Counted from the first letter of the stretch, positions 1 to 13,289 are shown. The stretch is DNA of 64,000 nucleotides from Sphagnum compactum (GCA_965153455.1 OZ234493.1:18342213-18406212), one strand, 5' to 3'. Program-made: numbers and translations. The notes: a model not told the origin generated them from the letters alone.

Positions 1-24
1 TAATTTTATGACAAACTACAAGTT

Positions 25-233
25 TTGCAATGAATGTACAAAACAAGCAACTATTATGGGACCTATATGTAGGTATTGCAAGGAATGTAAAAAACCAGCG
101 ACTATTATGGGACCAATATGTGAGTATTGTAAGGAATGTAAAAAACTAGCAATTACTATGGGACCCATATGTGGGTATTGCAATGAATGTAAAATGCCAG
201 CGACTATTATGGGACCCATATGCAGGTATTGCA
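25..233. repeat. Tandem repeat, about 4 copies of a 51-bp unit
   Basis: Unit gcaatgaatgtaaaa...actattatgggaccnatatgtnngtatt recurs at 27, 78, 129 and 180. It is open on + as (CxECKxPATIMGPICxY)n within ORF 8..325. Confidence 0.9.
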
Positions 234-2030
234 TATTTGAAAATGGCGTTATGGAATTTATAATAGAAAATGATGTAGGTATTATATTTTCAAGATGTGT
301 GTATTGTTTTAAAAGTCTAATGTGAGTCCTATTACATTAGATGTAAGTATTGCACAATATTCATTTTAATCTTTGTAGACCTTAGACAAATTAATGTTAC
401 TTATTCATATGGGCCTATTTAAGGTTTGATTCTTACATCTCAAGTACTAAGAAAATTATGACAAAGAAGACATATATGATTAATCATATACCGATCAAAC
501 AAATGTGACTAAAAGATAATATAATATTGATAAAAGATGTACAAAAATGGGTGGATGAAAAATTACCAAAGAACCCAATGAAAAAAAAAGGTTTTTTATA
601 ACACACCAAAGGACCAAAGTTCAAAAATTGGGTAATCCAAAAAATAAAAGGGTTGAAAAACGTAGCTAACTATATAAAGTGAAACCCTAAACCATATCAG
701 TATTTATAATCCTATGTTTAGCTTGGTAAGCAACTACTGCATTTGTAGCCTTTACTGCATAACGAGCAATGTAGAAATGGCAGCATTGCATTTCAGCCTG
801 AATTGCATTTGCAACAAATTTTTCTTTTGTTTTGTCCTAAACCCTAACACACCTTGGATGAAATAAAATTATAAAAAAAACAAGAAACATTGATTATTAT
901 TGTTTTTTTGCCTTCCATGAATCATTCTAGATTCATGAAAATCTAATACATTTGTCAACTGTTTTGTCCGATTTGCTTTACTGGACTTTTGATCCCAATT
1001 TTTGACATCCCATGCCATCTTCAATTATCGTGCATATGCACAACAGGTGGATCGAATCACCTCTTATAAATCTTCATCCTTCCCCATTCGTGATGTTGCA
1101 TCTCGAGGCACATTGTCCACGCCCCAAGCATTGAGACCCAACACTTGCAACTGTTGTTCTGAAGCTAATTTGATCAAAGCTGGTTTTGGGAATGGTGGAC
1201 ATTGTTTTGCAATAGCTACCAGGTTATCCCACTTATGTTGTGCTTTGGCACGAGCGTGACTAGCAACCTTTTGATCATTCCACCTTTGCATGGCCATGGC
1301 ATTTCCCAAGATGCGAGCATTCATTTTAGCATGGTCTTGATATCGAGGACTTCCTTCAAAAGTTGAAGGCCTCTTAGGTTTGGCCTTTTCTGCCACCAAG
1401 CCATGCACCTCCTTCAAATGCTTGGTCTACAACCATTTGGCAAAATATGTGACAATGCAAGTGCCAACTTTACACTTCCATTTCAACCCAACCTTCGTCC
1501 ATTCTTTGTCCTTCTGAGCCAAATTAGGTGGACAAGGGGGTGGTAGTGGCTGAGAAGCCTGGTCGGTTTCAAATTTCGGACCTAAACCAAAAAATATCAA
1601 GAAATAAATCAATATTTTGTAATAAAAAAATCCTAACCCTAAAACCTTACACATAAAGAGTTCAAAAAATAGAATGCAGGTATTACAAAACATAAAATCA
1701 CACAATCACATACTATTCTTGTAAACTTTAATTGTTTTCAGGTATTGCAATAAAAAAAAATTTAACAAAAAAAATCCCGCACCTTCCAACAAATGATGGA
1801 AGGTGCAGATACAATTAAACTTCAAAAAACTTGTACAATTTCTTTTATATGCATTTAATCTAATGTCCATAAATTTAAGAAAAATCTATATTATAAATTG
1901 TCATCCTTGTCAACTCTAATCCACATAGGTTGTTTGATACATCAATTTTCAATTTTCATTTCTAATGAAATAACATTCTGCTCCTCAGGTATTAATTATG
2001 ATAGAGCACCATTTCGCTCACCAATTGGCT

Positions 2031-2165
2031 GATCGGATGCAACAACATTCTGCTTAGCAATTGCCTCATCTGATGCAACAACATTTTGCTCAACAATTGC
2101 CTCATCTGATGCAGTAACATTTTGTTCAATAATTGCTTCATTTGATGTAGCAACATTTTGTTTGT
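2031..2165. repeat. Tandem repeat, about 3.7 copies of a 36-bp unit
   Basis: atctgatgcaacaacattttgctcaacaattgcctc-like units, read as (EAIVEQNVVASD)n on the - strand. Confidence 0.8.
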
Positions 2166-2361
2166 GAACTTCCCAATCACCATCACCATTTTTTTTCAAT
2201 CTCCTTCCTCTAGCCATTACAACCTTCAACATAAAAAAAAACCACCATTTCATTGTTAATTCTCAATTCTAATGAACTAAACCAAAAGGACTAAAGAAAC
2301 AAAGAAAAAAAAAAAAAAAAACCGCCTGCTGCCATTGGCTTCTTCAAAACAACACCATCAT

Positions 2362-3178
2362 TAATGCGCTCCCAAGTCCCTAGTTAGCCCCAAGATGGGC
2401 TAACTTGTTCAAAGTTGCGAAAAAGGGAGGGACTCGGGGCATGCTCCTAGCCTTCAGCACTAAAAGGGGTAGAGGGGCGTGCTGAAGCCTCGAGATGGAC
2501 TAGGAGGAGTAACAAGCTATTCACTTACTCGAATCTGCATCAAAACCAACCACAAGTTGGTTAGACCACTTTCTGGATCACTTTGGTGTTAGGACAAGCC
2601 ATGGGCAATTCTGGACTCACAAGACTCACCACGGCCTGGACTCGTGGGAAGCCACCACCTTCCCCCATATAGTATTCTCTGCGTTTGCCCGTGGCACCCG
2701 CATTCAAATGACTTTTTGTCCCGGGACTCCCAAGGAAGAGTCCCGAAATTGTCCCGGTTTGGACTCTTGGGACTTTGGAAGCTCATAGCTCCCAGCTTAG
2801 ACTTCCGATTGAAATGATGTCTAAAGCAATCTTGTAGCTCTCCTTGAGAGCTTTCCAAGGGTGTGTCACATTGCACCTGCACGCATTGGGATCGGGTCGA
2901 TTCCCGACTTTTAGTGGTCAAGAGTCAAACTGCCAATTTGACTCATGGCCTTTCTTTTGCCCATAACTTGTGCTGCAGATGTTCAAATGGCCCATGCGAG
3001 CCCATTTTGGACATCTACTCTTCAAGACCTTTTCAATGTATAAGGAAGTCCCCAATGCGAGTTGTTTTGGCTCCTGCAATCGAGTTTTGAGTTTTCGGGA
3101 GTCCTAGAGAACTCCAAGTCCCCAACTTTGGGAGTGTGAGTTGCATCCTCTCTCTTTGCCCAAAGTGGGGTTGCGACA
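2362..3178 (-). mobile_element. Solo LTR (817 bp), LTR retrotransposon
   Basis: Begins TGTCGCAACC on the - strand (3178); the other end is a mutated ...GCATTA. Perfect 5-bp TSD ATCAT at 2357-2361 and 3179-3183. Confidence 0.88.
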
Positions 3179-4678
3179 ATCATAGAAAAAGGTGACAACA
3201 TTGCTGTCGTCACTTTCTTCGTAGCAAAACCACTAAAAAAAGGCGCAAGCCACCATTTTCTTGCAACAAATCCCTCGAAGAAGGTGATAGAAGCTGTCGT
3301 CTTCTTTTTCTTCACTATAACGAAACCGTAAAAGAAGACGATGGCTCATTACCGTCGCCTTCTTTGTTGCAACAAAACGATAACAAAAGGTGACACTGCC
3401 ATTGTTTTCTTCGATGCGCTGTGTGAACCATACTAACACAACCATGTGCAGTAGTCTCAATTTTTAAGAATTGCATCAAGGTTATTTGAGTGGGGTAAGG
3501 TTATTAAGGGCTTTTAGTGACTTCATAGGGAATGATGAATGCGCTTGGTGCATAGGGGGTTTGTTTTCTTTTCTGAAATGCGTTATTGGTGAATAAGGAG
3601 TTGGATTAGTTCTTTTCTTCAACGAAAGCTTATAACCATAGTTTTAGAAATTTTGTTACGTAATTAGGGGTGAGAAATCTCTAGAGGGTTGGGGGTAGAA
3701 GTAGACACCAAAATTAGCGATGTTCAACACAACATTAGTCTTGTTATGGTATTTAGGGAGTAGCAAGCCTGTTAAAAATTCTCGAAGCAATTGAAGGGGT
3801 GTTAATGAAAGGTCTAATAGAGATAGAACAATCTTCAAGCCGTTGACCATAAGGTTAATTCAAGGCAACTCAACGATTAAATAGATAGTATGATAGTGTG
3901 CCAATGGCAACAGGAATATAATGATAACTGAAACATTTATTTATAATAAGGTTAAGCTTAGCAAGGAGCTGCAGGTACATTTAAAATTCTGAACTATGCC
4001 ATAGTGATAGTTCACAACTGCAGGAAATCTAGGATGCGTCGGATGGTGCGAACTAGGTAGTCCGCCTTACTATTAGGAAATAGTCGACGAATCGGACCAC
4101 ACAACCAACGATAATGTCCAATGCCGGGAACTGAAAACCATGCGAAGATAGAAGTATGTTCAGTTTCGTAACAACCTTCACAAACGGTTTCGGGTTCATC
4201 TTCAAAAGCGGGGTCGACTTGCAGCAAGATCATCAAGGTGCGAGAGTTCGGAGAAATACGATAGTACCAGGCTCGAGGGGGTTCAACTTCAAGACGAGAA
4301 TGCACCTCTCGAGGTTCGGGTTCTTCATCACGAGGATGCTGCGTTAAGGTAAGATCTAGAAATGAATCAGAGGCGGTTCTTCATTCGCTTATGCGGCTTA
4401 CGGCCCGTAAGATGTGACCGTGTGCGATGCCATAATTTCAAGGAGAGGAAAAAGGTCAGATCTTCAACCAAATCAAATCGACAATGAAGGTGCGAAGGAC
4501 TTGTTACATTGAGGTGCATAATCGTAATTTATAGATAAAAAAAAAGGAAAGGAAGGCGTGAGTAACGGCTTAGAACCATGGTAAATTAAAACCGTGATGT
4601 TAAAGGAAAAAATTGAAAGTTTAAGTAAAGTTTGTTGGGGGGGAAATGGAAGAGGTGAAAAGGTGTTTCTCCTTCACC

Positions 4679-4774
4679 TTCCATTGGCCACCAAGCATGG
4701 AACATTCCATTGGCCACCAAACATGGAACATTCCATTGGCCACCAAGCATGGAACCTTCCATTGGCCACCAAGC
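4679..4774. repeat. 26-bp tandem repeat (about 3.5 copies) inside the large LTR
   Basis: ccattggccaccaagcatggaacatt repeated; each unit has CCAAT on the - strand. Confidence 0.9.
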
Positions 4775-5033
4775 TTTGAATCTACCTTCACCTCCCTTCT
4801 CCTTCTCTTTAAAAGGCGGACTCGGATCATTGGGGTCTCTCTCTTTGCCTCGGAAATAATTTTCATTTAATCTTGAATACTTGTTCCCACAAGCTTCTTC
4901 AAGAGGAAAAGAATGATTAGTCTTAGTAGAAGGGAGAAGGAAGGGAAGTAGAATGAAAATCTTGTAATAGTTTTGAAAGAATGGGGGTGGGTAGTGATAA
5001 TGTTGGAAGATTGGAACTTTAGAGAAATTTCAC

Positions 5034-5590
5034 AAACCCTCTCGGGTTTGGTGGTATAACTCCTCACTGGTTTAGCTGCAGATCTTGAGATTTGGTAAAA
5101 ACGTGCGCCTTGTAGTTAGCTTTTCAATGAGCTAAGGCAAGCCGAATTTGGATACCACATGTGTTAGAAACAATATTCTGAGTGACTAGAGGTCTGCAGC
5201 CAAGTTGAACAACTACCTTCGTAAAACCCTCTTGGGTTTGGTGGTATAACTCCTCACTGGTTTAGCTGCAGATCTTGAGATTTGGTAGAAAGGTGCGCCT
5301 TGTAGTTAGCTTTCCAATGAACTAAGGCAAGCTGGATTTGAATGATGTATGTGTTAGAAATGATGTTTTAAGTGACTGATGGTTTGTAGCCAAGTTGAGT
5401 TATCACCTTTGTAAAACCCTCTCGGGTTTCATAGCATAACTTCTTGCTGGTTCAGCTGCAGAACTTGAGATTTGGTAGCAAGATGCGCCTTGTTGTTAGC
5501 TTTCTAATGAGCTATGGCAAGATGAATTTGAATAACCTATGTGTTAGAAACAACATTTCAAGTGACTAGGGGTCTGCAGCTATGTTGGAC
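5034..5590. repeat. 190-bp tandem repeat (3 copies) inside the large LTR
   Basis: aaaccctct(c/t)gggttt...gctgcag...cttgagatttggta starts at 5034, 5224 and 5414. Confidence 0.9.
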
Positions 5591-6649
5591 ATGGTGTTGA
5601 GTCCTTAAACATTGGTTTAAATGAGTGACAATTTGACATAAAGTCCTAGAATGTGTAGCGTGTGAGCTTGGAAAAAATATATCTATCAGTCCTAATCGTG
5701 AATGATGCATAGGAGGCAGGCTACTTAATTTCAACTACAAACGTAATTTAACATATAGAATTACACTTGCATCTTTCCTTCACCAATAGCTTTTGTGCTT
5801 CCAAGCATAATCACCTTGTAGAATCGAGAGTAGAGAGACGGAAGGTTGCCTCACACGCTGCTACAAAACAAAAAGAGAAAGGTAACGGCAGCATTGTTGC
5901 CGTCGCCTTCTTTGCTACAACAAAATGAAAATAAAAAGCGATGGCAGTAACACTGCCGTCACCTTCTACGCTGCAACAAAAAAAAAGAAGGTGACGACAG
6001 CTTTGCTGTTGTCGCCTTTGCTACGCTACAACAAAATTAAAAGAAGAATGCGACATCATCAACGCTACTGTCGCCTTCTACGTTGCAACAAAAAAAAGAA
6101 GGCGACGGTAGCTTTGCTGTCGTCGCCTTCTTCGCAGCACTACAACAAAATAAAAATAAAAAGGCGATGGCAATGTTGTTGCCATCGCCTTCTTTGCAGC
6201 AGCAAAACGATAACAGAAGGCGACAGTAGCAACGCTACCGTCGCTTTCTGCGCTGCAACAAAAAAAAGGAAGTAGATGGCGATGTTAGCCTTCTTCACAA
6301 CATTGCAACAAAACAAAAAGAAGAAGGCGACGACAACTTTTTTTTTGTTACAATGCAAAGCTGCGCTGAAAAAAAAAGAAAAAAAGGTGATGGCAACAAC
6401 GTTGCCATTGCCTTCTACGCTGCAGCAAAAAAAAAGAAAAAAACGACGGCAACTTTGCAACAAAACAAAAAGAAGAAAGCAACAAAATGAAAAACAAGAA
6501 GGCTGAAGGGAGGGAGTTTACCTTCAAGGTCCCGTGTGGGTCCTGTGTGGGTCCCGCTTCAGGCACTCCAACAGTGGCTCTGCTCTCGCTCCCGCTCCAA
6601 CAATGGTTTTGCTCTCGCTTGACAGCTCCCAAGCTCTGGTGATGGAGTG

Positions 6650-6766
6650 AGAGGTAAGAGGTGGGAGGTAGGAGGGGGGAGGTAGGTGGGAGGGAGGTAG
6701 GAGGGGGGAGGTAGGTGGGAGGGAGGTAGGAGGGGGGAGGTAGGAGGAGGGAGGTAGGTACGGGGG
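6650..6766 (+). repeat. G-rich purine minisatellite (gggaggtagg units)
   Basis: Repeated ggtgggagggaggtaggaggggggaggta, with many G-runs of 3 or more. Confidence 0.85.
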
Positions 6767-8017
6767 AAAAATTTTGGGGCGGAAAGAAGAGGTGGAAAAA
6801 AACAATAACTTTGGGTAGGGAGGATGTGTTTTTGGTTCATCCCCAAAACGGCTTCAACAGCCTCATCCTCAACTGGTGCATTGGTGGCTGCTGGTTCACT
6901 CCAACTAGTATAATATTATCACCAACCAGGTTCTTCATTTGAATCTTTCAATGTATTGAAAACAACTTGTGTATGAATTCCCTTGTTGTGCTTTTGGTAT
7001 TGTTAGATAACCCTGGATGAGACAATATGCATGATAACCAGTGAAGCTAAAGTTTTTGAATTTAGAGTGATTTCCAGTGTTATAAATTAATTAAAAATTA
7101 TAAAATTGGTTTTTTAAACTAATCAATGCCTTTTCATCAACTTGCCCAAAATAGAAGCTCATTGGGCATCAAATTTTTCCTTCCACATTATATGAGGAAA
7201 TGCATGGGAAATTTCAACGAATCAATGCTTCTTCATCATATTGGCCCTTCAGATTGACCCCTTCACATTCCAATACTTAACCGGAACAATGTTATTTGTT
7301 TTCTATTTGCATTTGTCCATACAGGAAACATTTGGGAGATGGCATCTTATGGTGCCTAGATTGTACCTTACGTAATTAAGTGTATGTGCATGTATTTTCT
7401 TCCAGTTTTTTCACATGAAAGGTTGCTGCAATGGCTTGAAATTCTTCCCTATACAAGGCATTTCACAAGGTCAATGCTTACTTTTTTGAGATATTTAACC
7501 ACTAAATGTCTGAAGTGACAATTTACAATGAAAAGCAGCCCATATTGGGCTTGTCTGACGTTCAGGAGATGATTTGCGCTCACCAATGACCATCGTCTAC
7601 CAACGACCTTTCAAGCACCCTGCACAGATGTGCTTTTAGTTTGACCGCCCAGGTTTTGGCGAAGATTAATGCCACCGACTGCGTCCAAATCGATGCGTAA
7701 CTACCAAGGATGCCTCCAACTTCCACAGCGGCAAGTTCGTTGAGATTAATAGTCGGTCCTCACAGTCATAGAGAATTACACGATTTTGCGAAAGCTGAGA
7801 GCAGAAGGCCCAGATGGATTCCTGAGGGAAGAACCGTCTGCTGCGCGGGAGCTCGCAAGGGCGGTTAAGAGGCCATCCCGCACCCGCGTGCACGCGGACA
7901 CGTGTCCCACCCTTCGACTTGACGCCCTCGCTATATTTAGCTACTGTCCGTCCGGAGTCAGGGGAAGCTACTTTCTTCCTTTACAATATCACCTCATCCA
8001 CCACAACTTACATCTTA

Positions 8018-9200
8018 GGGGTGCTTTAGATGAGGATCCAAGGGGGAAGGTCCAACAAAATGGAGCAATCCTATTGGTTGAGAGCAATAAATTGGATCTG
8101 AGGCCTTTAGACAAGGATCCAAGCCGATTTGAGGTGGCATTTACTTGGCATTTAATGGCATCGTATTGGAGGGAAGTTCAATTGGTCTAGATAAAAATAA
8201 AATGAAGTTAAAAGGTTAGCTATTAGTTTGGAGAACTGAGATGTAAAGTAGGGTCCAAGGTTGTCTCTTTCATTGTTTTTCACTATTTAATTTTTTATTT
8301 TATTTGTTTTTGAAATTAAAATTGTGCAAGAATGGAAGACATTTTGTGGATTGAGGACATTGTTAAGCACACACACATCACCCCATTTTTTAACACATCT
8401 AATGTTGGCATGGTTGGATTTGTAGATCCAAACAAGGTTTTTTCTTGAAGGAGTGCATTTTCAACATTTGCAAGTGCACAAAATGAAAGTGCTTAAGAAA
8501 TGAGGACAAAAAATTTTGCTCACTTTCACAAGTTGAAGGAGATTAAAATTCTCAAAAAATCTTTAAATTGCCCCCCCTTCCCAAAAAGAAAGCAACAAGG
8601 AAGAAAACAATTATAGTGATGATGAAAAAGGAAGATGAGAAAAGCGAGAAGGTTGACAAAAAATGGGTGTATGATGAAATATTACATTTGATTGCACTAT
8701 GAGAAAAAATGGAGCTTGAATTTGCTAAATATGCAAAAAAAAAGGTAAATTTCAATTACTTGAAACCTTAATTGTGCAATAAATTTTTTGAAGAGATTTT
8801 TTTTCAAATTTGAAACTCTTTTTTTTTTCAATCTAAAACTTGAATGGAGTGACATAATTTTTGAAAAAAAAATAAACAGAAAAAAAACAAGAACATATGA
8901 TTTAATGCATTGCCATAATAAAAAGTAAGACCACCAATATCTTGTGCCTATGTTCATCCATTGTGTGTGTAGTAGGAAGCAATAAGCAAGAAAAAAAAAA
9001 AAAAATGAAGGGAAAAATAATGAAATGCAACCTACTCCTTTCACATAAAGATCACTCATTTTGATTAATTGGATCCTATGCCTTCAAACACACTCATTGT
9101 ACCTTACAAAAGAAAAAAAGTGAAAAAGTTCAAATTCAAAGATGCAATTTGTCTTAAATTGGCCCTTAAGATCTTGGACTTTTGTCATCTAAAGTGGCCC
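8018..9200 (+). mobile_element. Non-autonomous PIF/Harbinger derivative with a decayed Myb/SANT-like ORF
   Basis: TIRs ggggtgctttagatga / gggccactttagatga match 13/16. TTA TSD at 8015-8017 and 9201-9203. 8664-8744 translates WVYDEILHLIAL*EKMELEFAKYAKKK, resembling a trihelix/SANT helix, followed by a GT donor. Confidence 0.72.
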
Positions 9201-9203
9201 TTA

Positions 9204-12200
9204 GTGTATATTGATTATGCACATTTGTCTAAACCAAGACAATGTATTTGTGAATTGCGCTTTAGCAATGGAGATTTGTTTTCCTCTCTCCAACAAGATA
9301 AACAACATGATAATTTTGATTTTCACTTTTCACCATCAACATCTCAATTGTTGATATCTTTGTGTTCAATTTTATGTTTAGTCTTTTAGATTATGTTTCA
9401 GTTTTGTTTCAAAAAATATGATTATTGTTGTTGAAAAACTCATACTTTGCTTGTGAAACAAGCAAGCCAAGAACATAAGGTAAGAACAAAACAAGTTTGG
9501 GAAAGGTCGTAATTAAAAAAAAAGCAAAGTCAATTTCAATGTCTTTGGTTTGTAGACCATTTTTCACAGCCACCCTTGTAGGCACATGGTTGAAGCTTGT
9601 ATATTGAATCAAAGTTGTTTTTTTGTTTGATAATCATTTAAAGTTTCTTATTGGTCCACTTTTTGTGCAACATGGCCTCTAGTAATTGCTATAAAGAAAT
9701 GTGCCAAAAGACTTAATATTTTATTGTAAGGTTCTATATGATTAGTGGTTGCCTTAAAACATTTCCAATGGTGGGAGCCATTTTCTCTTTAAGGATTTGG
9801 ATTAATTGTTTCCCTTCCCTACCCATAATTCTAAAAGCAAGATGCCATAAGGTGAAACAATGTTTAAATGGAACAATTAGGGCCAATTGTTAGAGGAAAC
9901 CAACGAAAAGCAATCATTTTAATGTCTTGTGGCTTTTTTAACCATGCCACAGCTAGAAATGTTTTTCAAACATCCCCAAGAGTGCTTAATATGGGGGTCC
10001 TAGAAAAATATGTATCATATCCAAGTTTATTATTATTATTAATTTTTTGCAATGATAAAATTAAAATTGGGACAACAAATAGGTGAATAACAAACCACAC
10101 GACCAATCATTATGATTAGCCAATAAAAAACAAGGAACATTAATCATAACATATTTATTGCACTTTTCTTTGGTAGGTGCATAGATTGGCTATGCCCTTT
10201 ACTAGATTTAGTAAACTATGCAAACATTTGGGCCAAAACCATTTTCTTAAACCAAACAACCATGTTTTGACTTTTTCTCATCCAATTTTATTGGGCACAT
10301 GCAAGGTCACCTATTGAACACCACTAAGGATGTTCATGTCAATGCATGTTTTGTGCATTAAGTTGTCTTTATATGATTAGGGTAAACCGGAGCATCACCA
10401 AACGCAAGTTGGTCATCGAACATTCATGTAGTGCAACAGTTGCACTATGTTAGAAACAAAAAAATCCTATGGGTGTTGTTTTTTTATCCCATTACCAAAT
10501 GCTTGGTTGAAAAAATAAGTGTTCTAGGTTTTTCATATTGGTGACTAGCCATCAAATTTTAGTGTTTGGTATTAAAAATTTAGGTGGGCAGATTTGTAAA
10601 AAATTTGAATAGTTTTACATGATATTAGCTTGGTGATGGGCCATGAGATGATTTTGATTATGCAAGGGGGGGCACATGAGGGGTACTTTAAATGTTTGGT
10701 TATGGGAAAACAATAGTTATTGTTGAAGATAAAAAAGAAGAGAAATCAGCAGTTGTTAGAGTTATTGGGGATGAAAAAGGGAGGAGTAGTTGCTACTAGG
10801 GATCAATAAGATTGCTAAGACATACTCTTCATATAATGCAGCTGAAGGGTCCACTATTGTGACCTGCTAGCTACAAGAAATCACAAGACACAAATACTGC
10901 TCGGCTTCAAGCTCCAAAGCCAATTCTAGATGATGAAGATCCCAATATTAACACGGTGATGATGTGTTTGAACTCACCTCCACTTCAACCTAAAGAGTAT
11001 TTGGGCAGTGTGTCAAGCAAATTCAACATTTTAGGAAGGTTTACAACCACAAGCTATGTGCAAACCAGTGTGGAAAAAGGGTATTGGCATACTAACAAAA
11101 GTAAGAATAAGTAACCATTCTTTCTATCTATCGCAAGTGTTTCAGTTCCCATTGTCCAATAGTTCCTTTGTATTTCCTTCTAACATACATTTCCATATTC
11201 TCCATTTGGAAATTATGAAGACCTGCATAATAGATTTTTGTATGTAAAGATAAAATAATGTAATCTCCTTAAACAAAATGGTAGTGAGCTTTTAATGTAT
11301 AGGGTTGCACCCAAGTCAAGCGGACCAACTACCTAGGTTGATGGTAAAGGACATGATTCGGGAAGAAACCACCTAGACAACAACACATCTGAGGTTCAAG
11401 ACACAAGGTTCAACAAAACAAGACTTGTTGAAGGGGATAAGGAAGATTGGTGGTGGTGGTGATGGTGGACCTAATATAATACCCCAACTACTACATCAAA
11501 ACAACTTGGACAATAAGTTCATTTCTCTGATTGCCAAGAAACTGATTGCAATAGAGTCTGGTGTTGCCATAAACAACAAAGCTGAACATCGACACAATCC
11601 TTCAAAAAGTGTTATTTTGAGGTCAACAAAACAACCAATAGGTAAATTTGGTAGTAATAATCCAGCTACAAAGCCCAGGAGATTGCATGTTCATGTGGAT
11701 AAGGAAACAGAACATGTTGCAACTACTTCAACAAAGAAGGAAATCAAGTTTTAGAATGCCACATTATTGGGATTTGTGACAACAACAATTGCAGACAATA
11801 AACATATAGATCATAGGGAAGAACAAATAATGACTTGCAATAATTGATGATTGAATCATCAATCCAGGAAATTGGAACAATGGAATTCAGATTGAATTTT
11901 CCAATTGCATTTACAGCATTGCTAGAAAATTTAATTATTGTTGAGAACATTTTTGGCAAAAAAAGTTATAGAGTTAGTGTTTGTGGCACCGAAGAGCTAG
12001 AATTTAATGTGATGCAAATACAACACGAGTGTTTACACGAGCTCACAAATTCAAAAGGTGCCTTGACTATGCCACCACTTGCACACACATGAAACACCTG
12101 GCATTAAAGATGGTCAAAGGCAATGTATAGAATCGAAACACAAAGAAGCATGGGCATGAAGGAGAGAGAGGAGCTAGCTGCTATTGTCGAAGGAGTTTCG

Positions 12201-13230
12201 CGAAAGAGCGCTTCTAAGACTATGAGTTGGAAACGAAAGAAAGCGAGAATTAGGGGCTTTTAAGTGTGGAGAGAGGAGAGGGTAGGGGGAATTGGTTGTA
12301 GGGTTTTGGAATAACGTCACACAGGAGAGTGACTACTTAGTTAGGGGTCCTTAAACCTTTAGGGTTTGATAACCAAACATTTTTTTGCCCTTTTTGAGGT
12401 TTCAATTTGAACCATCGATCAAAAAGATTAGTTTTTTCAACGTTTGTGATCAGTTTGAAAATGTGCATGTTTAATGATAAGGTATATTTTTGACAAGTGT
12501 CAATGTTAAAATGTTTGTTTATAGGATGTGCATTGTCTGAAGGTAGGGAGGTTGTTGTTTGATAACTCTTGATTTTTTTTCAATGAGGCCGAGACCTTCT
12601 AGAGCCCATAACTTTTGCATTTTAAGTCCAAATTGGGCGATCTAAAATGCACTAGGTGCGCCTAAACCTCCTCTACAATCCATCATTGGACCTGAGATCC
12701 AACCAAAATTTCATGAGATCGCCAAGAGCCTTTGTGTTCTAAATAATTCAAAATAGGGGTAACTTTCAAAATTGTTTCAAAATGGCATGGAAGTTTATGG
12801 GAAATATTTTGGAAGCTTCCAAAATTAAGGAAAACCATGAATTTCTTTATGTCATGATTTTCATTTGGAATTTTTATCGTGTTTTTCACAAACATGTTAC
12901 ACCTTAAGCTGTATTAAACAATCACCATGAAATTGGTTTTTTGGAAATTTAATTTTTTTGCTATGAAAATGAACATTAAACAATTCTACATTTCTAGCAC
13001 TATAAAAATACCCTACAAAATGTATTATTACAAAATGTCCCAATTTGGTCCATTATAAGTTGCAACTATGATTTCGTGGTAGCATTTTATTGCATCTTCA
13101 ATTCTATTTCATCTATGCAACAAAATACTCGTTAAACATATATGTACATTCAAGTTTCACATTATTTTAATCAAAAGGTGTGGATTTGATTCTTGAAACT
13201 AATCACATGCCTTCCATATTTAATTATATA
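9204..13230. mobile_element. Degenerate DNA-transposon debris (family unresolved)
   Basis: Stop-ridden frames. A SWIM-finger-like CMCPIKLDEKKSKH lies on - near 10265-10302, and AT-rich terminus-like sequence at about 12550-13100. Confidence 0.35.
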
Positions 13231-13289
13231 ATTACAATATGTGTGTGTATTTGACGATACATATTACAAAATTACAACTACAAACTATA

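Larger units (their letters stand above)
3422..5855. mobile_element. Large solo LTR-like insertion (2434 bp)
   Basis: TGTGA...TCACA termini and a perfect 5-bp TSD CGCTG at 3417-3421 and 5856-5860. No gag/pol motifs were seen inside. Confidence 0.8.
2280..6908 (+). mobile_element. Non-autonomous Helitron-like host element with gtcgccttcttc/gaaggcgacgg subrepeats, interrupted by two solo LTRs
   Basis: The same low-complexity subrepeat family occurs at about 2320-2361, 3184-3421 and 5861-6500 and rejoins when the two TSD-flanked inserts are removed. It ends in CTAG|T at 6905-6909. The 5' boundary is approximate. Confidence 0.55.

Noticed and set aside
1064..1417. 117-aa ORF as a host gene
   Set aside because: No recognisable domain or splice context; it lies in TE-like decayed sequence.
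5925..6846. Several ORFs of 76-116 aa
   Set aside because: Low-complexity translations of subrepeats and the G-rich minisatellite.
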